From: Chiloscyllium plagiosum
Taxonomy: Eukaryota
Direction: 5' to 3'
DNA: 60,660 nucleotides
NCBI RefSeq assembly: GCF_004010195.1
Contig: NC_057749.1
Location: 12,970,137-13,030,796 of the forward strand
This document shows, piece after piece, positions 27,419 to 40,145 of this stretch. Position numbers and translations under genes: made by a program. The notes below the pieces were generated by a model. That model saw only the letters and a program-made list of their open reading frames with translations. It had not been told where the DNA came from and did no database searches. Within the stretch, counting starts at the first letter, position 1. Every line of letters starts with the position of its first letter.

Positions 27419-29135
27419 GAGGAGAAAGTAAGGACTGCAGATGCTGGAGATCAGAGCTGAAAATGTGTTGCTGGAAAAGCGCAGCAGGTCAGGCAGCATC
27501 CAAGGAGCAGGAGAATCGACGTTTTGGGCATAAGCCCTTCTTCAGGAATGAGGAAAGTGTGTCCAGCAGGCGAAGATAAAAGGTAGGGAGGAGGGACTTG
27601 GGGGAGGGGCGTTGGAAATGCGATAGGTTGAGGGAGGTCAAGGTGAGGGTGATAGGCCGGAGTGCGGGTGGGGGCGGAGAGGTCATGAAGAAGATTGCAG
27701 GTTAGGAAGGTGGTGCTGAGTTCGAGGGATTTGACTGAGACAAGGTGGGGGGAGGGGAAATGAGGAAACTGGAGAAATCTGAGTTCATCCTTTGTGGTTG
27801 GAGGGTTCCTAGGCGGAAGATGANNNNNNNNNNNNNNNNNNNNNNNNNNNNNNNNNNNNNNNNNNNNNNNNNNNNNNNNNNNNNNNNNNNNNNNNNNNNN
27901 NNNNNNNNNNNNNNNNNNNNNNNNNNNNNNNNNNNNNNNNNNNNNNNNNNNNNNNNNNNNNNNNNNNNNNNNNNNNNNNNNNNNNNNNNNNNNNNNNNNN
28001 NNNNNNNNNNNNNNNNNNNNNNNNNNNNNNNNNNNNNNNNNNNNNNNNNNNNNNNNNNNNNNNNNNNNNNNNNNNNNNNNNNNNNNNNNNNNNNNNNNNN
28101 NNNNNNNNNNNNNNNNNNNNNNNNNNNNNNNNNNNNNNNNNNNNNNNNNNNNNNNNNNNNNNNNNNNNNNNNNNNNNNNNNNNNNNNNNNNNNNNNNNNN
28201 NNNNNNNNNNNNNNNNNNNNNNNNNNNNNNNNNNNNNNNNNNNNNNNNNNNNNNNNNNNNNNNNNNNNNNNNNNNNNNNNNNNNNNNNNNNNNNNNNNNN
28301 NNNNNNNNNNNNNNNNNNNNNNNNNNNNNNNNNNNNNNNNNNNNNNNNNNNNNNNNNNNNNNNNNNNNNNNNNNNNNNNNNNNNNNNNNNNNNNNNNNNN
28401 NNNNNNNNNNNNNNNNNNNNNNNNNNNNNNNNNNNNNNNNNNNNNNNNNNNNNNNNNNNNNNNNNNNNNNNNNNNNNNNNNNNNNNNNNNNNNNNNNNNN
28501 NNNNNNNNNNNNNNNNNNNNNNNNNNNNNNNNNNNNNNNNNNNNNNNNNNNNNNNNNNNNNNNNNNNNNNNNNNNNNNNNNNNNNNNNNNNNNNNNNNNN
28601 NNNNNNNNNNNNNNNNNNNNNNNNNNNNNNNNNNNNNNNNNNNNNTCTCTTTCCAATCCTCCCACTTCCTCCAAACCAAAGGCGTAGCCATGGGCCCCAG
28701 CTATGCCTGCCTCTTCGTAGGATATGTGGAACAGTCCATCTTCCGCAGCTACACTGGCACCACTCCCCACCTTTTCCTCTGCTACATCGATGACTGTATT
28801 GGTGCTGCCTCGTGCTCCCACGAGGTGGTTGAATAGTTCATCCACTTTACCAACACCTTCCACCCCGACCTCAAATTCATCTGGACTGTCTCAGACTCCT
28901 CCCTCCCCTTCCTAGACCTCTCCATTTCTATCTCGGGCGACCGAATCAACACGGACATTTATAAACCGACCGACTCCCACAGCTACCTAGACTACACCTC
29001 CTCCCACCCTGCCCCCTGTAAAATGCCACCCCATATTCCCAATTCCTTCGTCTCCGCCGCATCTGCTCCCAGGAGCACCAGTTCCAATACTGAACAACCT
29101 AGATGGCCTCCTTCTTCAAAGACCGCAATTTCCCC
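27419..29135. mobile_element. Penelope-like element with inverted pLTR (-) and RT fragment (+), gapped
   Basis: (+) FLQTKGVAMG.PSYACLFVG..YIDD; (-) IFRLGTLQP endonuclease tail and pLTR with hammerhead remnant at 27514-27548. Confidence 0.88.
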
Positions 29136-30000
29136 TCATCTGCATTATCTATACCTGACATATGCTTCCTTCATTTTCTTAACAAAACCCTCAATTTCTT
29201 TAGTCATCCAACATTCCCTCCCAGTAATGAATCTTAAATGGTTATATTGTACCAAGATTGGATGGAAGAATACAGTCATCACTACAAGTAATAAAGATTT
29301 TTTAGGGAATAAAAAATGCATAAACCCTTGTTCATTTCCCCCTTTAGTCTTCTTTCTCCAGAAGCAGATTTAATTTCCTGAACCTAATAATTGTCATTAA
29401 TCTTAACCATTTTAAGGGCTCATTTGGTAATGTCCCTACCTCTGAGTCAGAAAATCTGGACTCAAACCCCACGTGCTCTGGAAGTGTGTTATAGTATCTC
29501 TGAATGGGTTGGTTAAAATATATATAAAACATTCATAGATTTTACAAACATTATAACTCTCTTACGTCAAACTGTTTGATCTGCAGGAACCACTATAGCA
29601 TGTTGTTGATATTTCAATGTTATCTCTCTCCCTTGAATTCTATCACCAGGATACACAGAGAGAAAACAGAATTGAGAGTGTTGTTAATACTTCAACTCCA
29701 ATGAAGGAGAAGTGATGTAAAGGCAGCCCTTAGAGAGGAGACTCTGCCTGTGTATACAGATTGGGTCGAAAGGAATTTGGTTCATGTGTGAACATGGTGT
29801 GGAGTGTGGAAGGTGCTGCTCCTTTTTCAGGTTCCAGAGGCTGGAGAAGGCACAGTTCTGTTTTCCAAGGAACAGAGGGTAACCTAGAGCCAGCAGTAAG
29901 AGTTTGAAGAGCTTGGCGAGTGTGCTCTGAGCCTGTGGGTTCAGAGCATTCAGAGGGAATGCTCTGATAGTAAAAGCAAAGACGGTAAGCAATTGATTTC

Positions 30001-31303
30001 AAAGTTTGTGAGAAGATTTGTAGCTCGGGTGCTTGTTGTTGTGGTTCTGTTCGCCCAGCTGGGAATTTGTGTTGCAGACGTTTCGTCCCCTGTCTNNNNN
30101 NNNNNNNNNNNNNNNNNNNNNNNNNNNNNNNNNNNNNNNNNNNNNNNNNNNNNNNNNNNNNNNNNNNNNNNNNNNNNNNNNNNNNNNNNNNNNNNNNNNN
30201 NNNNNNNNNNNNNNNNNNNNNNNNNNNNNNNNNNNNNNNNNNNNNNNNNNNNNNNNNNNNNNNNNNNNNNNNNNNNNNNNNNNNNNNNNNNNNNNNNNNN
30301 NNNNNNNNNNNNNNNNNNNNNNNNNNNNNNNNNNNNNNNNNNNNNNNNNNNNNNNNNNNNNNNNNNNNNNNNNNNNNNNNNNNNNNNNNNNNNNNNNNNN
30401 NNNNNNNNNNNNNNNNNNNNNNNNNNNNNNNNNNNNNNNNNNNNNNNNNNNNNNNNNNNNNNNNNNNNNNNNNNNNNNNNNNNNNNNNNNNNNNNNNNNN
30501 NNNNNNNNNNNNNNNNNNNNNNNNNNNNNNNNNNNNNNNNNNNNNNNNNNNNNNNNNNNNNNNNNNNNNNNNNNNNNNNNNNNNNNNNNNNNNNNNNNNN
30601 NNNNNNNNNNNNNNNNNNNNNNNNNNNNNNNNNNNNNNNNNNNNNNNNNNNNNNNNNNNNNNNNNNNNNNNNNNNNNNNNNNNNNNNNNNNNNNNNNNNN
30701 NNNNNNNNNNNNNNNNNNNNNNNNNNNNNNNNNNNNNNNNNNNNNNNNNNNNNNNNNNNNNNNNNNNNNNNNNNNNNNNNNNNNNNNNNNNNNNNNNNNN
30801 NNNNNNNNNNNNNNNNNNNNNNNNNNNNNNNNNNNNNNNNNNNNNNNNNNNNNNNNNNNNNNNNNNNNNNNNNNNNNNNNNNNNNNNNNNNNNNNNNNNN
30901 NNNNNNNNNNNNNNNNNNNNNNNNNNNNNNNNNNNNNNATCCATGAACACCAACTAGCCACGAAACGACATGACCAGCTATCCTTAGTAGCCACACACGC
31001 AGATGACAAGCAATATGAATTTGACTGGGACAACACTACTATTATAGGACAAGCCAAACAGAGAACAGCCAGGGAATTCCTAGAGGCATGGGACTCATCC
31101 ACTGATTCAATCAACAAGCACATCGATCTGGACACAACATACCGGCCACTGCAACGGACAGCTGGAACTGACAACCGGAAGTGGCAGGTTCAAACCACTA
31201 CAAATGCCGGAGGAAAGATCACAGCAGCGCTTCACTGGAGGCTCCCAAGCACTGAGGATGTCACCTAGACAGGGGACGAAACGTCTGCAACACAAATTCC
31301 CAG
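30001..31303 (+). mobile_element. Second Penelope-like family (GIY-YIG C-terminus) with inverted left pLTR
   Basis: IHEHQLATKRHDQLSLVATH..FDWDNTTIIGQ..AREFLEAW..INKHIDLD; 30061-30095 is the reverse complement of 31267-31301. Confidence 0.88.
31249..31288 (+). ncRNA. Minimal type I hammerhead ribozyme motif
   Basis: gca CTGAGGA t gtcacct agac aggggac GAAA c GTC tgc. Confidence 0.75.
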
Positions 31304-31842
31304 TTTCTTTTTCTCATCTCAATGTTATTTACATAAGTGTAATGTTAATTGAAGTAATAACAATAAGAATCTGAAATTCAGACACTTTATTAGGAAGGCT
31401 TTATTAGTCCTGGTAAGGTTGACTAAACCATAAACAGTAATAATGGTTACGAGTGGAGAAGTTTATTCGTTATTAGTTTAAAAAGTTACTAATTAATTAT
31501 TTAAAAAGACTTCTGGCCTTTCAGAAATATGACCAAATAATTAAAAGTTAATAAATTCACACATGAGGACGACAGGGCATCTGAGGTGTTGCAGCTACAG
31601 GGTAATCCATGAGAAGCTTTTTAGAGTGAATGTCCGCAGCTCGGGGAGATCTGTCTCAAAGCCATGGAGCTGGAAGCTGGGCTATAGACATTGACACTTC
31701 AGACAATTAGATTAATTGACATAACAGCCTTTGAACATATGAATCAAAGTAGGAGTAGGCCAATTGGCCCCTCATTCCAGCCTGCCTCAGACAACTTCAC
31801 ATTCCCATCTATACATGGTGTTAATGGGTAAGACTTTATACT

Positions 31843-33520
31843 CGGAGAAAGTGAGGACTGCAGATGCTGGAGATCAGAGCTGAAAAATATGTTGCTGGAA
31901 AAGCGCAGCAGGTCCGGCAGCATCCAAGGAGCAGGAGAATCGACGTTTCGGGCATTAGCCCTTCTTCAGCAATGAGGAGGGTGTGCCAAGCAGGCTAAGA
32001 TAAAAGGTAGGGAGGAGGGACATGGGGGAGGGGCGTTGGGAATGCGATAGGTGGAAGAAGGTTAAGGTCAGGGTGATAGGCTGGAGAGGGGGTGGGGGTG
32101 GNNNNNNNNNNNNNNNNNNNNNNNNNNNNNNNNNNNNNNNNNNNNNNNNNNNNNNNNNNNNNNNNNNNNNNNNNNNNNNNNNNNNNNNNNNNNNNNNNNN
32201 NNNNNNNNNNNNNNNNNNNNNNNNNNNNNNNNNNNNNNNNNNNNNNNNNNNNNNNNNNNNNNNNNNNNNNNNNNNNNNNNNNNNNNNNNNNNNNNNNNNN
32301 NNNNNNNNNNNNNNNNNNNNNNNNNNNNNNNNNNNNNNNNNNNNNNNNNNNNNNNNNNNNNNNNNNNNNNNNNNNNNNNNNNNNNNNNNNNNNNNNNNNN
32401 NNNNNNNNNNNNNNNNNNNNNNNNNNNNNNNNNNNNNNNNNNNNNNNNNNNNNNNNNNNNNNNNNNNNNNNNNNNNNNNNNNNNNNNNNNNNNNNNNNNN
32501 NNNNNNNNNNNNNNNNNNNNNNNNNNNNNNNNNNNNNNNNNNNNNNNNNNNNNNNNNNNNNNNNNNNNNNNNNNNNNNNNNNNNNNNNNNNNNNNNNNNN
32601 NNNNNNNNNNNNNNNNNNNNNNNNNNNNNNNNNNNNNNNNNNNNNNNNNNNNNNNNNNNNNNNNNNNNNNNNNNNNNNNNNNNNNNNNNNNNNNNNNNNN
32701 NNNNNNNNNNNNNNNNNNNNNNNNNNNNNNNNNNNNNNNNNNNNNNNNNNNNNNNNNNNNNNNNNNNNNNNNNNNNNNNNNNNNNNNNNNNNNNNNNNNN
32801 NNNNNNNNNNNNNNNNNNNNNNNNNNNNNNNNNNNNNNNNNNNNNNNNNNNNNNNNNNNNNNNNNNNNNNNNNNNNNNNNNNNNNNNNNNNNNNNNNNNN
32901 NNNNNNNNNNNNNNNNNNNNNNNNNNNNNNNNNNNNNNNNNNNNNNNNNNNNNNNNNNNNNNNNNNNNNNNNNNNNNNNNNNNNNNNNNNNNNNNNNNNN
33001 NNNAAGTGGGAGGATTGGAAAGAGAAGTTGTTCAGGGTGAGGACCAGTTCGGTCAGTCGAAGGAGGGTGTCGGTGGAAGGGTACTGGGTGGTACGGCGGG
33101 AGAGGAAGAAGCGGAGTGCTTTGAGTCCTTTGTGATGGGGGATGGAGGTGTACAGGGACTGGGTGTCCATGGTGAAGATGAGGCGTTGGGGACCGGGGAA
33201 GCGGGAATCCTGGAGGAGGTGGAGGGCGTGGGTGGTGTCACGAACGTAGGTGGGGAGTTCTTGGACTAATGGGGACAGGACCGTGTCGAGGTATGCCGAG
33301 ATGAGTTCGGTTGGGCAGGAGCAGGCTGAGACAATGGGTCGGCCGGGGCAGTCAGGTTTGTGGATTTTGGGCAGGAGGTAGAAACGGGCGGTGCGGGGTT
33401 GTGGGACTATGAGGTTGGAGGCGGTGGATGGGAGGTCCCCTGAGGTAATGAGGTTATGGACGGTCTGGGAGATGTTGGTTTGGTGGTGGGGGGTGGGGTC
33501 ATGGTCAAGGGGACGGTACC
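31843..33520 (-). mobile_element. Penelope-like element RT plus pLTR, gapped
   Basis: Open frame PQPRTARFYLLPKIHKPDCPGRPIVSACSCPTELIS..YVRDTTH..IFTMDTQSLYTSIPH..LVLTLNNFSF. Confidence 0.92.
31938..31973 (-). ncRNA. Minimal hammerhead ribozyme motif in pLTR
   Basis: attgCTGAAGAa gggc taat gccc GAAA c GTC gatt on the - strand; stem I weak. Confidence 0.6.
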
Positions 33521-34344
33521 ATGCAAGATTCATGTAATCAGACTTGGAAAGGAATTACAAAATTGTGTCTACAGTTCAAAAGAAGGAAACTTATAGCATC
33601 CATTCAGTAAAGATTGAAATAAGTCAGTGTGATGGATGGTGTTGGGAAACAGGGTTAATTTCACTTTGGTGTTTATGTTACAATCTTTCTAAATGTATTA
33701 TATATCATTTTATTTGCTTTCTTTATGGAATACCTTGTGTTCTTTTGTTAAAGAAGCTCTGCAGCCTCATTTGAACATGTTTCAGAAACTAATAACTACC
33801 TTAACTAACTACAGAACGTAAATATATTATCTATCAAGGCAAGTTTCATTCCAGAGTCGGACTTGTCCTGTAATACCATCGCTAGGATCATAAAAACCAT
33901 TGCAGCATTGGCCATGGAAACAAGGTCTATATTCATCTTGTGTGGGCAAGCTGATCCTCTGGGAGTCTGCATTCCATCTGGGGTTATTCTGTAGGATTCA
34001 GCATTGTATAAAATATTCCTGATTCACCACCAGATTTTCCAGTGACAGAGAAACATTGTCTCCACTTTCCTCGCTCTTTCCTTCCTCCTTATAAATCTGT
34101 CTCCCTTGAGAACTTCCTCCAACTCAGCAGCAACTTAGTCGTCTGAATCAATTTCACTGAAACAGAAACAATTAGATGGAAACTGATGAAGAGTATTCTG
34201 AGAGGTTACTGAGTCCCATTGCCCTTTCCATGATGGTTTACTGTCGGATGAAGATCTGATGGGGACATCTCGTGGTGAAAGTTGTAATTGCAATCTATCA
34301 TAAGTGTCTTCAGCAGAATAATGATGGTAACACATGGACATAGG

Positions 34345-34700
34345 TCATCACAGACAGACAGACAGACACAGACTCTCACAGGGAGACAGACAGGCACACA
34401 GACACAGACTGTTAGAGAGAGACAGATGGGCACAGGCAGACACAAACTGTTACAGAGACACAGACTGTTACAGAGAGAAAAACAGACACAGACAGTTACA
34501 GAGAGACAGACAACACACATGGTTACGGAGAGAAAGACTGTCACAAGCAGACATAGCCTGTTAAGAGATACAGACAACACAGTCTGTTACAGAGATAGAT
34601 GGTCACAGACAGACACAGACTGTTACAGAGAGAAAAACAGACATAGACAGACAGTTACAGAGAGACAGACAGACAGACACAGATAGTCACAGGCAGACTC
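34345..34700. repeat. Low-complexity (ACAG/AGAG) degenerate tandem repeat
   Basis: acagacagacacagactgttacagagag motifs repeated. Confidence 0.85.
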
Positions 34701-34739
34701 CCATGTTCCATGAAGGAGTGAAAAGAATCACTGTGATCC

Positions 34740-35412
34740 TAAAACAGAATCATACAGCACGGAAACAGACCCTTCGGTACAACCACTCCACAATTCCAAG
34801 CTAAACTCGTCCCATCTGCCTAGGCTTGTCCCAAACACCTCCAGACATTTCTTATTCATGTACTTATCCAAATGTATAGAATCCCTACAGTGTGGAAGCA
34901 GGCCATTCAGCCCATTGAGTCCACACCGACTCCCCCAAAGAGCACCCCAGACCCTATCCCTGTAACCATGCATTTCCCATGCCTAATCTACCTAGCCTGC
35001 ATATCCATGGATACTATGAACCACTTAGCATGGCCAATCCACCTAACCTGCACATTTTTGGACTGTGGGAGGAAGTCCATACAGATACAGGGAGAATGTG
35101 AAAGTTTCACACAGACAGTCACCCAAGCGTGGAATTGAACCCAAGTCCCTGGCGCTGTGAGGCAGCAGTGCTAACCATTAAGCCAAGCGTGTCTTGTAAA
35201 TGTTGTAACTGTACTCACATCCATCACTTCCTCTGGAAGTTCGTTCCACACATGAACCACTCTCTGTGAAAGAAAATTGCCATTTGTGTCATTGTAAAAT
35301 CTTTCTCCTCTCATCTTAAAGTTGTGCCCCCAGTCTTGAAATCCCCCCACCCTATGGAAAACAGACCCACTGTTCACCTGATCAATACCCCTCGTGATTT
35401 TGTAAACCTCTG
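34740..35412 (-). mobile_element. CR1 3' fragment with nested HE1-like SINE (34878-35180)
   Basis: RVVHVWNELPEEVMD; SINE head ...ggcgctgtgaggcagcagtgctaacca. Confidence 0.8.
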
Positions 35413-36059
35413 TGCTGTAAAGGATCCTGTCTTCATTTCATTCTTTCACGGGATGTGGGCAACTCTGGGCAAGCTGAGTGGTGGCTCAGTTATTTCTCAG
35501 GACAGTTGCCGTGTGCATGGAGTCACGTGTGGATTGGACCGGGTGAGGCTGGTCACTTTGCTTCCTGAATGATTTTAATGAACCTAGCAGGATTTCCCCC
35601 CAACAATCAGCAAGACCTGCCTTCAGTTCCAGATTTATGGTGGGAAGATTTGACCCGTGTGCCCAGTGCATTAGCTTAGTCTAGACTTTAGACTGGTGAC
35701 ATTAGCACTGCACCACCACCTACCCTGCAACACTGCCTCATTTGACCTGTGACCTTGCCCTGTGTTCTTGCCCCATGACCGTATTCCTGTGAACATGCTG
35801 ACAGTCATAGTAACAACGTTAGGGTGTTGTAAAACGAAGGGGATCAGCCTTGAGTCCTGAGGTAATTAAACATCTGTCACAAACAAGGGCTCATGTGGCA
35901 CAGTGGTAGTGCCTCTACCTTTGAGCCAGGATGCCAGGGTTCAGGTCTGTACTGTTCCAGAGGTGCGGAATACTGAATCGGTTCATCAGAAACTATCAGA
36001 GAGAAACCAAGGAGTCAGTCCTGTGTGACAATAACACTCATCATAAAATGGGGAAAGTT

Positions 36060-36145
36060 GGATGCTGCCTGACCTGCTGCGCTTTTCCAGCAACACATTT
36101 TCAGCTCTGATCTCCAGTATCTGCAGTCCTCACTTTCTCCTCGAA
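36060..36145 (+). mobile_element. Penelope pLTR fragment
   Basis: ggatgctgcctgacctgctgcgcttttccagcaacacattttcagctctgatctccag. Confidence 0.75.
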
Positions 36146-36604
36146 GGTTAAACCTGACCAAAGGATTTCTCTGTCACTGGCACCAGGTTTGAGACAGTGG
36201 AGGCTGTATCTGATCCGAGTGAATCTTTATACAGGCTGTATCTCCCAGTCTCAAATAACAGACCTTTACAGAAATGGAATGTGACTGTGACAAAGGGAAC
36301 CCAGTTTCCTCCTGATTCTCAAGCTGCAGATAGGGAGGTGGGTGAGTGGAGGGGTGAAGGTGAAGCGAGTGGGAAGGAGATGGAGGGAGAAGGGAGGGGA
36401 GGAGGGGAGTAGATGGTGAAGCCTGGGCTGCAGGGTGACAGTAACCCATCCATGGCCATTTACGAGTGGGATAGTAACATCGCCATTGACCAGAAGGTGA
36501 ACTGGACTGAGCAGAACAAAACCCGGGGGAGTGGCAAGTGGGGAGTGACTCACCTTCAAACCTCTTAACCACCTCAAGTCAGGACAGGACAGGAATAGGG
36601 ATGC

Positions 36605-36785
36605 AGGGGCTTTGGGGAAGTTTGGGGTTCAGTGGGGTTTAAGCGGTTTGAAGATTTGGGTTTGAGGATTTGGGGTTTAAGGGGTTTGGGTTTGAGGTGC
36701 AGAGACTAGGGGAATTTGTTGTTTGGTGTTGGTTGGGGTTTGGTTTTGAGGTTTTTGGGTTGGGGTCTGGGGGTTTTGGGTGTGT
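36605..36785. repeat. G/T-rich low-complexity tract
   Basis: tttggggttt-type runs. Confidence 0.7.
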
Positions 36786-37589
36786 AAATCTCTGCAGTGC
36801 ACTGTAACAATTTTCGGTGGTATGAGCAGGAACAGCAGTGTTTGGTTGTGAGGGGAAGGAGTGAATTTTCTGGCTGGATTAGACGAGATTTGGAAGGATC
36901 ACTGAACAATGTCTCGGGACATCCCCATGGAAGGAGTGACCATCTGCCTGAGGTGATACTGGGCCAGAGAACACAGGGAGCTTGAATTCTATTGCTCCTG
37001 GCAGATGTTGTGTGAAAACTTTGTTAAAAGAACACTTTCCTGTAAAAATGCAGATAGTGTCTGTCTCATATTTCTGTGTGGATCATCCAGACAGCCCATA
37101 ATAACCTGAGCTGCTGGTTATGGCCTCAGTTGTGAGTGTTCTTTATCAGGAGCCGCAGACATTAGTTGAGTTCATTAACAAACAGCAAATGTTGTCAAAA
37201 CCCGGGGCAAAAGAGGCTGATTAACATTCAATCAGTGAGTTTAACACAGGAAGTACTCAGTGTTTAATTACTACACTCAGTACATTTCATTAATTTGTGT
37301 TGTGTGTGGAGATGTTTATTAGGGCAATGGTGTTGGAATGGAAGATTATAGCAATCTGACCTGTCAGTGATAGCCTCAAGCAAGCATTCGAAGGTCAAGA
37401 GCAGGTCAGCCAAGAAAATTGCATTCTGACTGAATTCTCCAAACTGATGAAACAGGAATAGTTAGCAGTGCACTGTAAGAAATCCTCACTGTATTTAAAC
37501 AAACATTATTCTCAGGGTATGAGCTTTTAATGGCAAGGACCAGCATTAGCCTAGTCTGCAATAAGAAGCTAATCTCAGTGAGGGTGACC

Positions 37590-37830
37590 ATGCAGGATTC
37601 CTCAATCATTGTAAAAATCCATCTGGGTCATTAATCTCCTTTCGGGAAGGAAATCTGCCATCTTTATCAGGTCTGGCCTACATGTGCCTCCAGACACACA
37701 GCAATGTGGTTAACTCTTCATCACTCTCTGAAATGGCCGAGTGAACCAATGTGTTTGTTCACCATCATCTTCTCAAAGGGCAGTTAGAGATGGAGCATAA
37801 ATACTGGCCTTGTCAGTGATATCTCTACCC
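37590..37830 (+). mobile_element. Old SINE-family copy (also 19065-19200 and 56350-56695)
   Basis: Shared ggaaggaaatctgccatc..tggtctggcctacatgtg.ctccagac motif at three loci. Confidence 0.6.
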
Positions 37831-37883
37831 CATGACTGTATGATGCAATGAGGAAGGATTGAGTGCTCCCATGTCCCGGGGTG

Positions 37884-37906
37884 GTGTGTGTGTGTGTGTG
37901 TGTGTG
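37884..37906. repeat. (GT)n microsatellite
   Basis: gtgtgtgt run. Confidence 0.9.
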
Positions 37907-38416
37907 TCCTGCAGAGAACCTCTTAAGAGTCCTCAACCCACCCCCCTCCCTCTCCCACCTGTCCGGCTCAGCTACGAGGCCTACCAAGGTTGAATGGCAC
38001 CAATCTCCAGCTTCTCACAAGGTGGTTGCTGATTAGAGCAAGGCTTGCTGGCGGACGGTCTATATTTATGGGAGCTTCTCTGATCAAGTTTGGGGGAGGT
38101 GGGGGGGAACAGGAGGAAGGAGGGAGGGGAGCAGAGAAGACAGGAGCCATTGTGGAGGGAAGGTAGAGAGGGGGATGAGAGCCAACCTCTGGTACAGCCT
38201 CACTGTGTGATTGCATTGCAATCCCTCGATGCGTTTCCAGAAATGGGGTCACATCCAGCAGAAGATTAAAACTAAGAAGCCTCAAAAGAAATATTGAGCA
38301 GCTTTTCAACTGCCCTCCCCCTGTTATAAAACCACTCTCCTGTCTCAGAAACAGTGAACATTGAGGCAAAGAGATGAGTCAAACTGTCAGGCCAGAATTC
38401 TCTTCATCGGCTCTCA

Positions 38417-39180
38417 ATAGACAATAGACATTAGGTGCAGGAGTAGGCCATTCTGCCCTTCGAGCCTGCACCACCATTCAATATGATCATGGCTGATCAT
38501 CCTTAATCAGTATCCTGTTCCTGCCTTATCTCCATAACCCTTGATTCCACTATCCTTGACAGCTCTATCCAACTCTTTCTTAAATGAATCCAGAAACTGG
38601 GCCTCCACTGCCCTCTGGGGAAGAGCATTCCACACAGCCACCACTCTCTGGGTGAAGAAGTTTCTCCTCATCTCTGTCCTAAAATGGCCTACCCCGTATT
38701 CTTAAGCTGTGTCCTCTGGTTCAGCACTCACCCATCAGCGGAAACATGTTTCCTGCCCCCAGAGTGTCCAATCCTTTAATAATCTTATATGTCTCAATCA
38801 GATCTCCTCTCAGTCTTCTAAAGTCAAGGGTATACAAACCCAGTTGCTCCAATCTTTCAATGTAAGGTAATCCCGCCATTCCAGGAATTGACCTCGTGAA
38901 CCTACGCTGCACTCCCTCAATAGCCAGAATGTCTTTCCTCAAATTTGGAGACCAGAACTGCACACAGTACTCCAGGTGTGGTCTCACCAGGGCCCTGTAC
39001 AGCTGCAGAAGAACCTCTTTGTTTCTATACTCAATCCCTCTTATTATGAAGGCCAGCATGCTATGAGCTTTCTTCACTACCTCCTGTACCTGCATGCTTG
39101 CCTTCATTGGCTGGTGTACAAGAACACCCAGATCTCTTTGTACTGCCCCTTTACCTAACTTGACTCCATTTAGGTAGTAA
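38417..39180 (-). mobile_element. CR1-clade LINE 3' fragment
   Basis: QRDLGVLVH..LLQLYRALVRPHLEYCVQFWSP..LRGDLIETYKI. Confidence 0.92.
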
Positions 39181-39534
39181 TCTCTCATCTCCCCTTCCAT
39201 CTGTATCTTTCATTCTTCTAACGTTCAATTCTAGGCACTGCTTCCTTCAAAGTTCCCAATTACTCTGTCCGATACACATTATCTCAGTCCCAATCATTGG
39301 CTTCCTTTATAGATACAAGCCTTTCCTTGATGTTGCTCATTAAATGAGGATCTCAGCTGCAGAGCAACAATCAGCTCTGCTTCCTTTCCCCTCTCTTCCT
39401 CCTCACCCTCCTCTCCTCCTGTGTCCTCCCCTCCCTTGTCCCCCCATTTCCTTCCCTCCCTTCTCTCATCTTCCCTGTTCTCACTTCCTATCTCAATAAG
39501 TGAACTCCGTCACTCACAAAATTATATAATGGTA

Positions 39535-40145
39535 GACTCAGACAGCACGGAAACAGACCATTTGGTCCAACCGATCCATACCAACCAGAATCCCAAACTA
39601 AACTACGTAGTCCCATTTGCCTCTGTTTGGCCCATATCCCTCGAAACCTTTCCTTGTCATGTAAATAGCTGAATGTCTTTTAAATGTTGTAACTGTACCT
39701 GCATCCATCCTCTGGAAAGTCATTCCACACATGAACCATTCTCTGTGTAAAAAACTTGCCTCTCATGTCGTTTTTAAATCTTTCTCCCCCACCTTAAAAA
39801 TGTGCCCCCTAGTTTTGAAATCCCCACCCTGGGGAAAAGACACCTGCCATTCACCTTATCTATGCCCCTCATGATTTTATAAACCTGTATAAGATCACCT
39901 CTCAACCTCCTATTCTCCAGTGAAAAAGACCCAGCCAATCCAGCCTTTCTTTATAACTCAAATCCTCCATTCTCAGCAACATCCTGGCAAATCTCTTCTG
40001 AACTCTCTCCAGCTTAATAATATCCTTCCTATAACAGGGAGACCAGAACTAGACACAATATTCCAGAAGAGGCCTCACCAATGTCCTGTACAACCTCAGC
40101 ATGACATCCCAACTCCTATGCTCAAAGGACTGAGCAGTGAAGGCC
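39535..40145 (-). mobile_element. CR1-clade LINE 3' fragment
   Basis: Similar to 6850-7445; CR1 3' UTR ending ...gtctgtttccgtgctg. Confidence 0.85.

Noticed and set aside
27451..33269. 300-500 aa ORFs in the ORF track
   Set aside because: Length is inflated by N-gaps; only the Penelope RT/endonuclease fragments are meaningful.
34135..34341. 68-aa minus-strand ORF ending EIDSDD
   Set aside because: Weak acceptor, no recognisable homology; cannot be supported as an exon.
36605..36785. Interstitial telomeric repeat
   Set aside because: Irregular T/G runs, not (TTAGGG)n.
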